Source: a virus
Lineage: Duplodnaviria > Caudoviricetes
Direction: 5' to 3' (one strand)
IMG/VR virus record: IMGVR_UViG_3300037067_012889
Location: 288,001 to 352,000 of that record
Length of the DNA stretch: 64,000 bases
The notes under the pieces were generated by a model that was not told where the DNA came from, did no database searches, and saw nothing but the letters and a program-made list of their open reading frames with translations. Below, in pieces: positions 37,901 through 46,092 of this stretch (position 1 is its first letter; the number at the start of each line of letters is the position of its first letter). The position numbers and the translations under genes were made by a program.

Positions 37901-39045
37901 GATGTCTCAGCCGCTATGAGGCAACCCTCACTAACAGCAAACAGCGGATCTTTACATCGCTTCACTTTATTAATGGCAAATGGTGGTTTTTCTTCTTGGA
38001 ATAGCTGGGCTACCATTCCTTCGAAGCCAACCGGACACGATGTGCCACCGGCCATAAATACGTCGATGGGCTTATCCATTCGAGCGCTCGTTTCATTATC
38101 AACAAAACCTTGAACGATACCACGAATAACATTCTGAATAAGAATCCTGTAATGTAAAACAATATCTAGTTCAAGTCGAGTCGTATAATTTTGTGTAAGA
38201 TCGAGTTTCTCCTTCACACGACAAACCGTCGTTGGAGTTTCTGCGGATTTCTTATATAGCATGTTCGGATCATAGCCGTGCCGCTTAGCAACCTCAGAAT
38301 CAATCCAGTCGCCAGCACCGACCCAGCTAAATGAATAAATCTCATTGCCCCATAGAACATAACTAACTGTAACAGTACCAGCACCCCAAGAAATACCAAT
38401 ACCAGTCGCATCTGGCGTTTCTTTTAACACCAATGCGTGAGATTCCTTTATCGAGCTGGTTATAATTTTCGATTCAGTCTGATAGCCAGAAATAATTAAA
38501 TTAATAACTTGCTGATGGTAATCAATATTCATCGCATGATTAAGCGCCTTCGCCGTAGTGCAATAGCATAATTTAACTTCTGGATCAAATGTGCCAGCAT
38601 CATGCTCCGACATTGATAGTAAACCTTGGACAATACTAGATAGCACCATTAAAGCAGCTTCGTCAGCGGCAACACCACCTTCGGCCATTGGCCGTAACAA
38701 TGTACTGTTATGTGCATATGCTAATTCTTCTGCATCCTTGCCAAGCACATAAATTCCATCCTTGCCATCAAGATGGATCCACTTCGCTTGGCGTTTAGTA
38801 CCATCTGATCTCGTCTTATTTGGATCGTCGAGCATATTCTCTATGAATTTACTCGGTCGTGGGATAAGATAATAGCCGTTGATTTCTTTTAGAAAAACCA
38901 GTTTATTGTTGTGTCGAAATGATACAACTATATTCTTGGTCCCAATATCGATACCAATTGCATTCACTGCTGCTCTCCTAATTGTACAGTCATCACCCAA
39001 TCCAAATACAAAAGATGATTGCTCTAACTCATCATCATTGACCAC
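37897..39045 (-). CDS. Actin-like ATPase (MreB/ParM/FtsA superfamily); probable GTG start at 39045
   Basis: Phosphate-1 IGIDIGT, LLRPMAEG, IKESHA, phosphate-2 GISWGAGTV, GAGDWID, adenosine MAGGTS, DPLFAVSEG. Confidence 0.85.
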   Translation of the reverse strand: MVNDDELEQSSFVFGLGDDCTIRRAAVNAIGIDIGTKNIVVSFRHNNKLVFLKEINGYYLIPRPSKFIENMLDDPNKTRSDGTKRQAKWIHLDGKDGIYVLGKDAEELAYAHNSTLLRPMAEGGVAADEAALMVLSSIVQGLLSMSEHDAGTFDPEVKLCYCTTAKALNHAMNIDYHQQVINLIISGYQTESKIITSSIKESHALVLKETPDATGIGISWGAGTVTVSYVLWGNEIYSFSWVGAGDWIDSEVAKRHGYDPNMLYKKSAETPTTVCRVKEKLDLTQNYTTRLELDIVLHYRILIQNVIRGIVQGFVDNETSARMDKPIDVFMAGGTSCPVGFEGMVAQLFQEEKPPFAINKVKRCKDPLFAVSEGCLIAAETS

Positions 39046-39364
39046 GTTTAGTGACGACTTTTGTTCCGAATCCGCCTTTGGGGATGGGTGGTCGACCAAT
39101 TGATGGCGCAAGAGCTTCTGGGGGAAGATCTGGCGCATTGAGAAATGGAGTGGAAATAGGCTGCTCGGTGGCATTAACAGCTCGCGCTGCAATTCTTTGC
39201 TCTCCGGTATATGCTCCGGTGGCAGCTTTCGTAATCGGTCTTTCCATGTTGCGACTATCAAATGTTGTCCTAACAAATTCCTTGTAGATCAACAAGACCA
39301 ATCCAAGAGACACCAACGCAACGACCAGTGCTATTAACGCTACAAATAGCGCCGCGACATCCAT
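39035..39364 (-). CDS. Small membrane-anchored protein (N-terminal TM helix, Pro-rich tail)
   Basis: About 25 hydrophobic N-terminal residues; stop overlaps the actin-like gene start. Confidence 0.7.
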   Translation of the reverse strand: MDVAALFVALIALVVALVSLGLVLLIYKEFVRTTFDSRNMERPITKAATGAYTGEQRIAARAVNATEQPISTPFLNAPDLPPEALAPSIGRPPIPKGGFGTKVVTKRGQ

Positions 39365-39366
39365 AT

Positions 39367-40863
39367 CTACTGAGGTCCTGTTGTTTTTTGCATATATTCA
39401 TACCGCAATAAAGAAATATTCCATTTCTTAAGTGGATCAAACAGCATATTATATCCTCTGTTGATGCGAGCAATATAATTTTCTGTATCTTTGTTATTGG
39501 GCCAATATTTTCCATGATTATATTGTGGAACTAAAGTGGTATGACTACGCCCATCGGGAGCCAATTTAGCATCACAACCAAATAGAGTAATCGTCTTCGC
39601 ACCCATGAATGCAGCTATATGTATAGCAGTATGGACGGTTGAAGCATGATGGAAAAATGGCTGATCCTTATTATTTAAGCAAGAATCACAGTCTTGCTGA
39701 CCAAGTTCGTAAGTTATACAATCAGCAAATTTTGATGACGGTGCAACGGACGTTATACCAGCACCTGTCTTCAATTTTTTCGGAATAAGCAATTGTCTCG
39801 GGTTATATCGTTTAGCATCTATAACCGCCTCGGCTGGTTTTAGATCATGAAACACAACATAATCACATCCAAATACTAGCGCGTTATAATTCACACCTAT
39901 CACGACATCGAAGTCGTCTAATATCCCAGCAGTAACATGATCTAACGACGGGCCAGCACCCAATATAGCGATACGAGCATTGGCATGTTTGTTTTTTAAT
40001 AGCTCTATGCCCTGCAAATCTGGCAAAAAATTATCAAGAAACCACTGAAATGGTCTTTTCTGAATTCTATTGCGTATGGCTACACGCTCCGTTATATCGC
40101 CAAACTTAATATCTCCTGGTTTTTTTCTAATAGATTGATAAAATAATTTCTTATAATCATCGAACCATACTTCCGCTATACGTGCCTTATTCTGCTCTAA
40201 TGTGGGCGTATCAAATTCATAATTGAATTTGGTTTTAAACCAATGTGCAGCTACAGAATCGCGAACTACTTCAACAGATCCACCAGCAAGCCATGTTCGA
40301 AGAGAAAATTCGATATTTTCACAACCCCACTTATACATACCGGTGTCAAATCCACCAGTTTCTTCCCACCATCGCTTTGTGAATGCAAAACAATGACCAG
40401 CGAACGCTGGCATCATATCGGTGCCATCATCAGATATCCAATTAAAATCGAGATTCCATCTCCAACCAGTCTTAGCATAAGCAGCTGTAGTCTCCACCCA
40501 ATTCGGTGCATCAAGCCCTCTAGTTAACGGTACAGCAACACAATTGTACCGTTGTGTTAGTCGTTCAATAATTGGTGGTAACCAACCCGGCGCTACCTTT
40601 ATATGCGGATCCATCGACACCACAATCGGAGACTGCGCAAGCGCAGTACCGGTGTTCCGTGATCGTATAAGACCTTCACGCATCTCATTACGCACAACGA
40701 CCACATTTGGTCTATCGATTGCAACCGGAACCTTACTGCAATCATCAATAATTATGATTTTGTCAATAAGTCCGGCTGGTGTGTTTTCAGTAATCGTATC
40801 TATCGTCTTTTCAGTATAATCTTCATTCAACACCGACATAACAATTGTTGCTGTAGACATCAT
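39367..40863 (-). CDS. Polypeptide GalNAc-transferase-like (GT27-like) domain fused to a DUF115/Maf-like domain
   Basis: REGLIRSR, DPH (DxH), GWLPP, AGHCFA, WGCENIEFSLRTWLAGG, AHWF, NKARIAEVWFDDYK, FGDITER; C-terminal AILGAGPSL...IGVN...STVHTAIHIAAFMGAKTITLFGCD. Confidence 0.8.
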   Translation of the reverse strand: MMSTATIVMSVLNEDYTEKTIDTITENTPAGLIDKIIIIDDCSKVPVAIDRPNVVVVRNEMREGLIRSRNTGTALAQSPIVVSMDPHIKVAPGWLPPIIERLTQRYNCVAVPLTRGLDAPNWVETTAAYAKTGWRWNLDFNWISDDGTDMMPAFAGHCFAFTKRWWEETGGFDTGMYKWGCENIEFSLRTWLAGGSVEVVRDSVAAHWFKTKFNYEFDTPTLEQNKARIAEVWFDDYKKLFYQSIRKKPGDIKFGDITERVAIRNRIQKRPFQWFLDNFLPDLQGIELLKNKHANARIAILGAGPSLDHVTAGILDDFDVVIGVNYNALVFGCDYVVFHDLKPAEAVIDAKRYNPRQLLIPKKLKTGAGITSVAPSSKFADCITYELGQQDCDSCLNNKDQPFFHHASTVHTAIHIAAFMGAKTITLFGCDAKLAPDGRSHTTLVPQYNHGKYWPNNKDTENYIARINRGYNMLFDPLKKWNISLLRYEYMQKTTGPQ

Positions 40864-40868
40864 AACCC

Positions 40869-41528
40869 CTAAACAACATGAAGCGTTGTATTGCCGACAA
40901 TCTCGATTTTGACCCCACGTTTCCTTACTTCATTAATTACCGTGCTCATTGTTATGCGCTGACTTTCTGATATACTTCCCGGCCTTCTAGTATGATAAAA
41001 ATAATGATTGCCAATATTAGTAAATCCACAGCCATACAGAACAATTTTAGAAGCACCCATCACATATGCCAATTGTACGGCACAGCAAGATATCGTCCCG
41101 CCAAACATCAAATAATTCATATCTTTTTTAAGCCTATCTAACTTATACCACTTATACATAAAAGTCCGATGTGGACTAACAGGACAAGGTAACTGTATAG
41201 TATTTTGTTTGGCAGTAACAACAGCTATTCTCGTTATACCCGGATATGACTCGTCTGGATAAAGAATTTTATCAGACGAAGCAATCATTTTCGCTATCAC
41301 TCTAGTATCAGAACAATCAATATTGAACCAATCATATGTTGGTGATTTAACATCACCACACATAAAGTAATTAAAACGCTTTCCTAATTTAGCAGCACCA
41401 TTGACACCGATCGATATATCTGTTTTATTCTCAACAAAGTCAATAGCTGTCGGCCCAGATCCGACAATAGCAATTGTCATACCTGCGTGAATGTTACGAA
41501 GCGTTTTAATCATTCCTCTTCGAACCAT
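40869..41528 (-). CDS. DUF115/Maf-like (sialyltransferase-like) Rossmann-fold transferase
   Basis: IAIVGSGPT, IGVNG, GGTISCCAVQLAYVMGASKIVLYGCGF...HYF. Confidence 0.7.
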   Translation of the reverse strand: MVRRGMIKTLRNIHAGMTIAIVGSGPTAIDFVENKTDISIGVNGAAKLGKRFNYFMCGDVKSPTYDWFNIDCSDTRVIAKMIASSDKILYPDESYPGITRIAVVTAKQNTIQLPCPVSPHRTFMYKWYKLDRLKKDMNYLMFGGTISCCAVQLAYVMGASKIVLYGCGFTNIGNHYFYHTRRPGSISESQRITMSTVINEVRKRGVKIEIVGNTTLHVV

Positions 41529-43399
41529 TCACCTAGATTACAAACAGATTCAGGCCACAATACCTTTCCATCTCGCTCTCTTGGTCCTTCATCTAAGAAG
41601 CATCCACATACAGCACATCGATTAAGCGTACGTTGTGTACACAAAGCGCATATATCTAGCCGCGATTCTATTGTTTCGATTCGCGCTGTTTTTATGCCAG
41701 CGGCAGCATGTTTTAAAAGCGCCTTCGTATAATTCCATACCATCTTGGTCAATGGCGGAAGTTTTTTCTTATCTGTTATATCGCGACTTAGAATTGTATA
41801 ACCGTAGTCGTCCTCATCATGTTCGACTACTGACCATTCTGGGTGCTCTCGCATATATTTCCGCATCGCCGGGAATAAACCGGGGCCAGATGGCTCACCA
41901 ATTTCACCATATGCACCAGTTGAACGCAATAGAATGTAGTGGCGTACACGATGTCCAAACCTGGACAATTCAGCATAAAGTCTGTCAGCTTGATGGATGG
42001 AATGTATGACCAAGAGATCGGTCTCTTCTATGTCGTCGAGCGTCATCCAATCAATATGTTGGCTTTTATAATCTACAAGGTCGCCACATAATTTAGCTAA
42101 ATGCTTATGAATCGCTGCCGGTTCAAGTGTGTAAACTCGCAAAACCTTTGGATGTCCAGCCAATAACGTAACATCAAACTCTTTTTGTTTAACCATTGCT
42201 GTAATATGCTCGCACTTAGAAGCAAGCTCGCGAAAACGCGGCATATGGCGACCCATGTTGTGTGGGTGCTGCTCTGTCCAAGAAAATACTTCATCAATAG
42301 TAGAACCAAAATTTCCACAAGTCTGACATGGTGGGTCTATGTGTCCTACTGGATCTTCTATAAGATAGTTCCAAGATTTTTCATCTATAACCTCCTCGAA
42401 CGACACACGTCCTTCGCGCATTCTCTTCTTAAGACCAACAAAATGATCTCGAATGTCCTCTATCCCCATACCAAGCTCTTGACGCCCTATAACATAATTA
42501 CGGATTCTGTCCCAATAATTAAGTGGATATGCAACACCGTTTGGACGTAAAAATCGGTGCGACCATCCGAGAAATGGGAGATTCAAACACTTATGACCAG
42601 CTTTTCGATATTTAGCGTGTATGTAACCTTCTTCGCCGCCAAACCCACGAAATTCAGAATTAAATCCGAGCCACGCATCTCTACGGCAAGAAAAAAGCCC
42701 CATACCATGAGCCGGTATTTCGAATGCTGGATCATTATAGTTGCACCCAAGAGGTTTACATCCAATGTTGTAAAATGCTGGCTCATGACCAGTATATGGA
42801 ATTTTCGGATAGATAAGACCACAAGGGCATTGTGTACGTGATATATCGCTATACATCAAGTCATGTATGATGATTTCTCCATTCCATATCGGGATTGAGA
42901 AATACCGACCACATTTACACATCCAAGCTCTACTCCAAATACCTAGCATATTATCACGCCACACTAAATCGAAATGTGTAGAAATATCCCGAAGATTATC
43001 ATATATTAACGGACCTGTTAATAAATCTTTGTTATCTCGATTAAATTCATACCAATCAATAAGCCGTTTTACAGCACCTGGAACAAGTAAAACATGACAA
43101 TCCATACAAAGAACAAACTCGGTCTGTGCTTCTCGAAATATACGATCTTTCGCATTAGCTGGACCAATTTTTTCTTCATAAGGAACATATCGTGCAGACG
43201 ATATACTGTCTACGAACTTTGAAACAGCTTTGCCAGCAACAGTCGCTGGCGAATTATCAATTACGACGATCTCGACATCATTTATGTCGTGATACATTCG
43301 CAGAGCTTGAATAGAAAAGTAAACTCCGTCATAGTCATTGAAATGAGCTAGTCCAACAGTTAGCTTCTTCGGCATGGTTCTTCCATTATATATTTTCAA
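41510..43399 (-). CDS. GT-A glycosyltransferase + methyltransferase-like domain + C-terminal Cys cluster
   Basis: VVIDNS, LCMDCH, GLFSC..AWLGFN..FRGFGGEEG; ETDLLVIHSIH; RLDICALC...RCAVCGCFL...CNLGEW. Confidence 0.75.
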   Translation of the reverse strand: MKIYNGRTMPKKLTVGLAHFNDYDGVYFSIQALRMYHDINDVEIVVIDNSPATVAGKAVSKFVDSISSARYVPYEEKIGPANAKDRIFREAQTEFVLCMDCHVLLVPGAVKRLIDWYEFNRDNKDLLTGPLIYDNLRDISTHFDLVWRDNMLGIWSRAWMCKCGRYFSIPIWNGEIIIHDLMYSDISRTQCPCGLIYPKIPYTGHEPAFYNIGCKPLGCNYNDPAFEIPAHGMGLFSCRRDAWLGFNSEFRGFGGEEGYIHAKYRKAGHKCLNLPFLGWSHRFLRPNGVAYPLNYWDRIRNYVIGRQELGMGIEDIRDHFVGLKKRMREGRVSFEEVIDEKSWNYLIEDPVGHIDPPCQTCGNFGSTIDEVFSWTEQHPHNMGRHMPRFRELASKCEHITAMVKQKEFDVTLLAGHPKVLRVYTLEPAAIHKHLAKLCGDLVDYKSQHIDWMTLDDIEETDLLVIHSIHQADRLYAELSRFGHRVRHYILLRSTGAYGEIGEPSGPGLFPAMRKYMREHPEWSVVEHDEDDYGYTILSRDITDKKKLPPLTKMVWNYTKALLKHAAAGIKTARIETIESRLDICALCTQRTLNRCAVCGCFLDEGPRERDGKVLWPESVCNLGEWFEEE

Positions 43400-46076
43400 G
43401 ATAAAGATCGGCCATTGGTCGCCAATCTGGCGATTCGCTCGTACTATCGTAACTCCCTATTGGCTCTGTAGATATTATCCTTTGCACCCAAACATATGAT
43501 CCCGGATCATGTGTAAGCGATGTCGTCGGTCCACCAGTGCCACCAGAAATTTTCCAACCAAGACCTTCTCCTAAATACGACAGTATGTATCCCTCTCCTT
43601 GTCCATTGCCTGGTGGCTGTGCTCTCAAATCTTCTGTTCCTTGTTGCATGAAGTCGCCACCTGCGACACCTGTGTATATTCCTACAGCTGGGTGCACTGT
43701 TTCCGGACCATGGATATATGAAACAGAATATGTGATTATCGGGCCAGATGTAGTTGTGGGACCAGATGTAGTTGTGGGACCAGATGTAGTTGTCGGTCCA
43801 GACGTAGTCGTGGGACCAGACGTGGTTGTCGGTCCAGACGTAGTTGATGTGGTTGTGGGACCAGATGTGGTTGTGGGACCAGATGTGGTTGTGGGAGCAA
43901 TACCTGGCTTGCACCTAGTGTACGTAAGCTCGTAATCTGCTTTAGGTTCTTCACCCGGACTTGGCGGATCGCAATAGCAACCAAACTGAGTGCAATCCTT
44001 TAAATGGACCCAATCACCACCGCCAGGAGATTTGTACCATGAGCATCGGTCTGTGCACACAATTTCCGGACTTGACGTTGTCGGCGTTGGTGGTATTGTC
44101 GGCGTTGGTGGTATTGTCGGTATCGGTGGTATTGTCGTCGGCGCTAAAGTTGTTGTTGGATATGGAGATTCTGTTGTAGTTGTAGTAGTTGTCGGGCCAA
44201 TGGTAGGTGCTATAGTAGTCGTCGGTGCTACGGTAGTCGTTGGCCGAGTTGACGAGCCAATTGCACAAGCTAGTAGTGAATAACCTAAACAACTAACAAC
44301 ACCTTCAAGATTGATATCAATCCCAAATTTTAGATAAACACCACTGTTCCCTGTATATGTGAATACTAATGGTGACCCGATTGTTGAATATTTCTTGCCA
44401 CCGTGGACGCTGCTATTGTTAGTACATATAGCCGACCAAGCAACCGAACATGACGCAGCATCGGGATAGTCCGGACACGATGCACTACTTATTGATTTCG
44501 CTTCAGCACAAATATCATTAAATTTTGTACTGAACGTGATCGTTATTGTAACAGTGCTTGTATCAACGTAAGGTATGTTTACGGTGATGTCATAGTGTTG
44601 TAATGTACCATCCACAACACAATCAAATCCCTCGCACGTTGGATCGTCTGATGGATCTGGATTATATGGCATCCTAAGCTCTAAACTAGTATCTAGATAG
44701 CTAGGGCAATCGCATGGACAACATATTTCATCTATTGGTGGTGTTATTGGTTCTACGACCAACACAGGACAACTGCCAGAGACATCGTTAACATTAGAAC
44801 AGAAAAAGAAATCTTCTTGACAGCAGCGTTGTCCCGGATATTGTGGTTCAATTATTGACCATGGATATCGTGAATCTTGATTTGTGCTAGAATTGGCCTG
44901 CCTCCAAGCAACTATAGACGCTGGAGTAAAATCCTTCCAATTGAATTTGGCCTGATGTTTGGTCCAACATGCTTCTACTGGTGTCCATTCAACAAACTGT
45001 AATGTGGGTGCTATGAGATCTATAACTTGCTTCTCTTCAAACTGAAATCGTGTTATGTTTTTACAAGTATCAGTCACAGATCGAACTGCAGCAAACGACA
45101 AATCGCTAATCGCACTAAGCGTATCTATGTTAGTTGTATTGCATGCATGTGATATCGCAAGCTTCGATACGCAGTTCTTTAAAAATAAAGTATCAGAAAA
45201 ATAGAAAATACTCGATTTTAATCCACTATATCGTAATGTAATAACTGCTTTCGTAGCTGCAATTGTATCATCGACTAAACTATTTTCTGCGACCTCAAAG
45301 AAACCCAAGCCGTCAGCGCCTTGTGGACCTTTACGACCAATTTCATTGGCTTTATAATACCAACTATGATCGGACCAATCATTAGATATTAATTGACCCG
45401 AAATAGTAGAAGTAACGCGATCATAGTTTAAAAAAGAATCTGAACTCAGCTTGATTTCTGAATATGATATCGTATATGGATCATCATTAACCGGTTGTAA
45501 AATGGTCAATACGCTTTTGTTGGAGCCGCTTTTAAATAGTCGCAACGAAATAGGCGTATCGATAGTCGATGTAACAGTCGCATTAATAAATAGCACAGTA
45601 CCAACCACAGAAGCAATATGCTTTAATTCAGATGCACCGGCTATACCATCTACCCCAGTGGCACCAGTTGCTCCTATTTCCCCCTGTTCGCCTGGACACT
45701 TCATCTGTGAAAGCAGTGACAACAATCTCGGTCTACTTACTTCAATTCTAAGATCATTCTCAGATTCAGGTTCGAATGTTATTGTGTGATTTGAAGATCT
45801 GAATAGATAATAATATCCAGCAGTATATGGATATATTTTTAAGAAATCGAAAGTCAAGCCGCTCTGAACGGCACTCGATATAGCATTGATACGCGTTACG
45901 ATAGTCGGTGAAATCAAACCATTGTTAGCCTCGGTAACAACAGGAACAGATTCTAAAGCACCGATACATGACCAAATATTCAACCTACTATTATATTGCC
46001 ATCTATCGCCATTACCGTCTAACACGATAGTGCCGTCTGCAACATTTTCACCATTACTTAATGCGTGACAACTCAA
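43386..46076 (-). CDS. Large Cys-rich putative virion protein with mucin-like Thr/Pro tracts
   Basis: Short collagen segments, CC motifs, (PTTTSG)n and (PTIP)n repeats; paralog of 46093..48357. Confidence 0.75.
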   Translation of the reverse strand: MSCHALSNGENVADGTIVLDGNGDRWQYNSRLNIWSCIGALESVPVVTEANNGLISPTIVTRINAISSAVQSGLTFDFLKIYPYTAGYYYLFRSSNHTITFEPESENDLRIEVSRPRLLSLLSQMKCPGEQGEIGATGATGVDGIAGASELKHIASVVGTVLFINATVTSTIDTPISLRLFKSGSNKSVLTILQPVNDDPYTISYSEIKLSSDSFLNYDRVTSTISGQLISNDWSDHSWYYKANEIGRKGPQGADGLGFFEVAENSLVDDTIAATKAVITLRYSGLKSSIFYFSDTLFLKNCVSKLAISHACNTTNIDTLSAISDLSFAAVRSVTDTCKNITRFQFEEKQVIDLIAPTLQFVEWTPVEACWTKHQAKFNWKDFTPASIVAWRQANSSTNQDSRYPWSIIEPQYPGQRCCQEDFFFCSNVNDVSGSCPVLVVEPITPPIDEICCPCDCPSYLDTSLELRMPYNPDPSDDPTCEGFDCVVDGTLQHYDITVNIPYVDTSTVTITITFSTKFNDICAEAKSISSASCPDYPDAASCSVAWSAICTNNSSVHGGKKYSTIGSPLVFTYTGNSGVYLKFGIDINLEGVVSCLGYSLLACAIGSSTRPTTTVAPTTTIAPTIGPTTTTTTTESPYPTTTLAPTTIPPIPTIPPTPTIPPTPTTSSPEIVCTDRCSWYKSPGGGDWVHLKDCTQFGCYCDPPSPGEEPKADYELTYTRCKPGIAPTTTSGPTTTSGPTTTSTTSGPTTTSGPTTTSGPTTTSGPTTTSGPTTTSGPIITYSVSYIHGPETVHPAVGIYTGVAGGDFMQQGTEDLRAQPPGNGQGEGYILSYLGEGLGWKISGGTGGPTTSLTHDPGSYVWVQRIISTEPIGSYDSTSESPDWRPMADLYLENI
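43741..43897 (-). repeat. 18-bp coding tandem repeat (PTTTSG)n
   Basis: ggaccagatgtagttgtg-type units repeated. Confidence 0.9.
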
Positions 46077-46092
46077 CTAAGTACTCCTTAAC

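Noticed and set aside
39046-39276. N-terminal 77-aa extension of the actin-like ORF in the track
   Set aside because: It overlaps the membrane-protein gene in another frame. The GTG at 39045 gives a normal-sized actin-fold protein coupled to the upstream stop.
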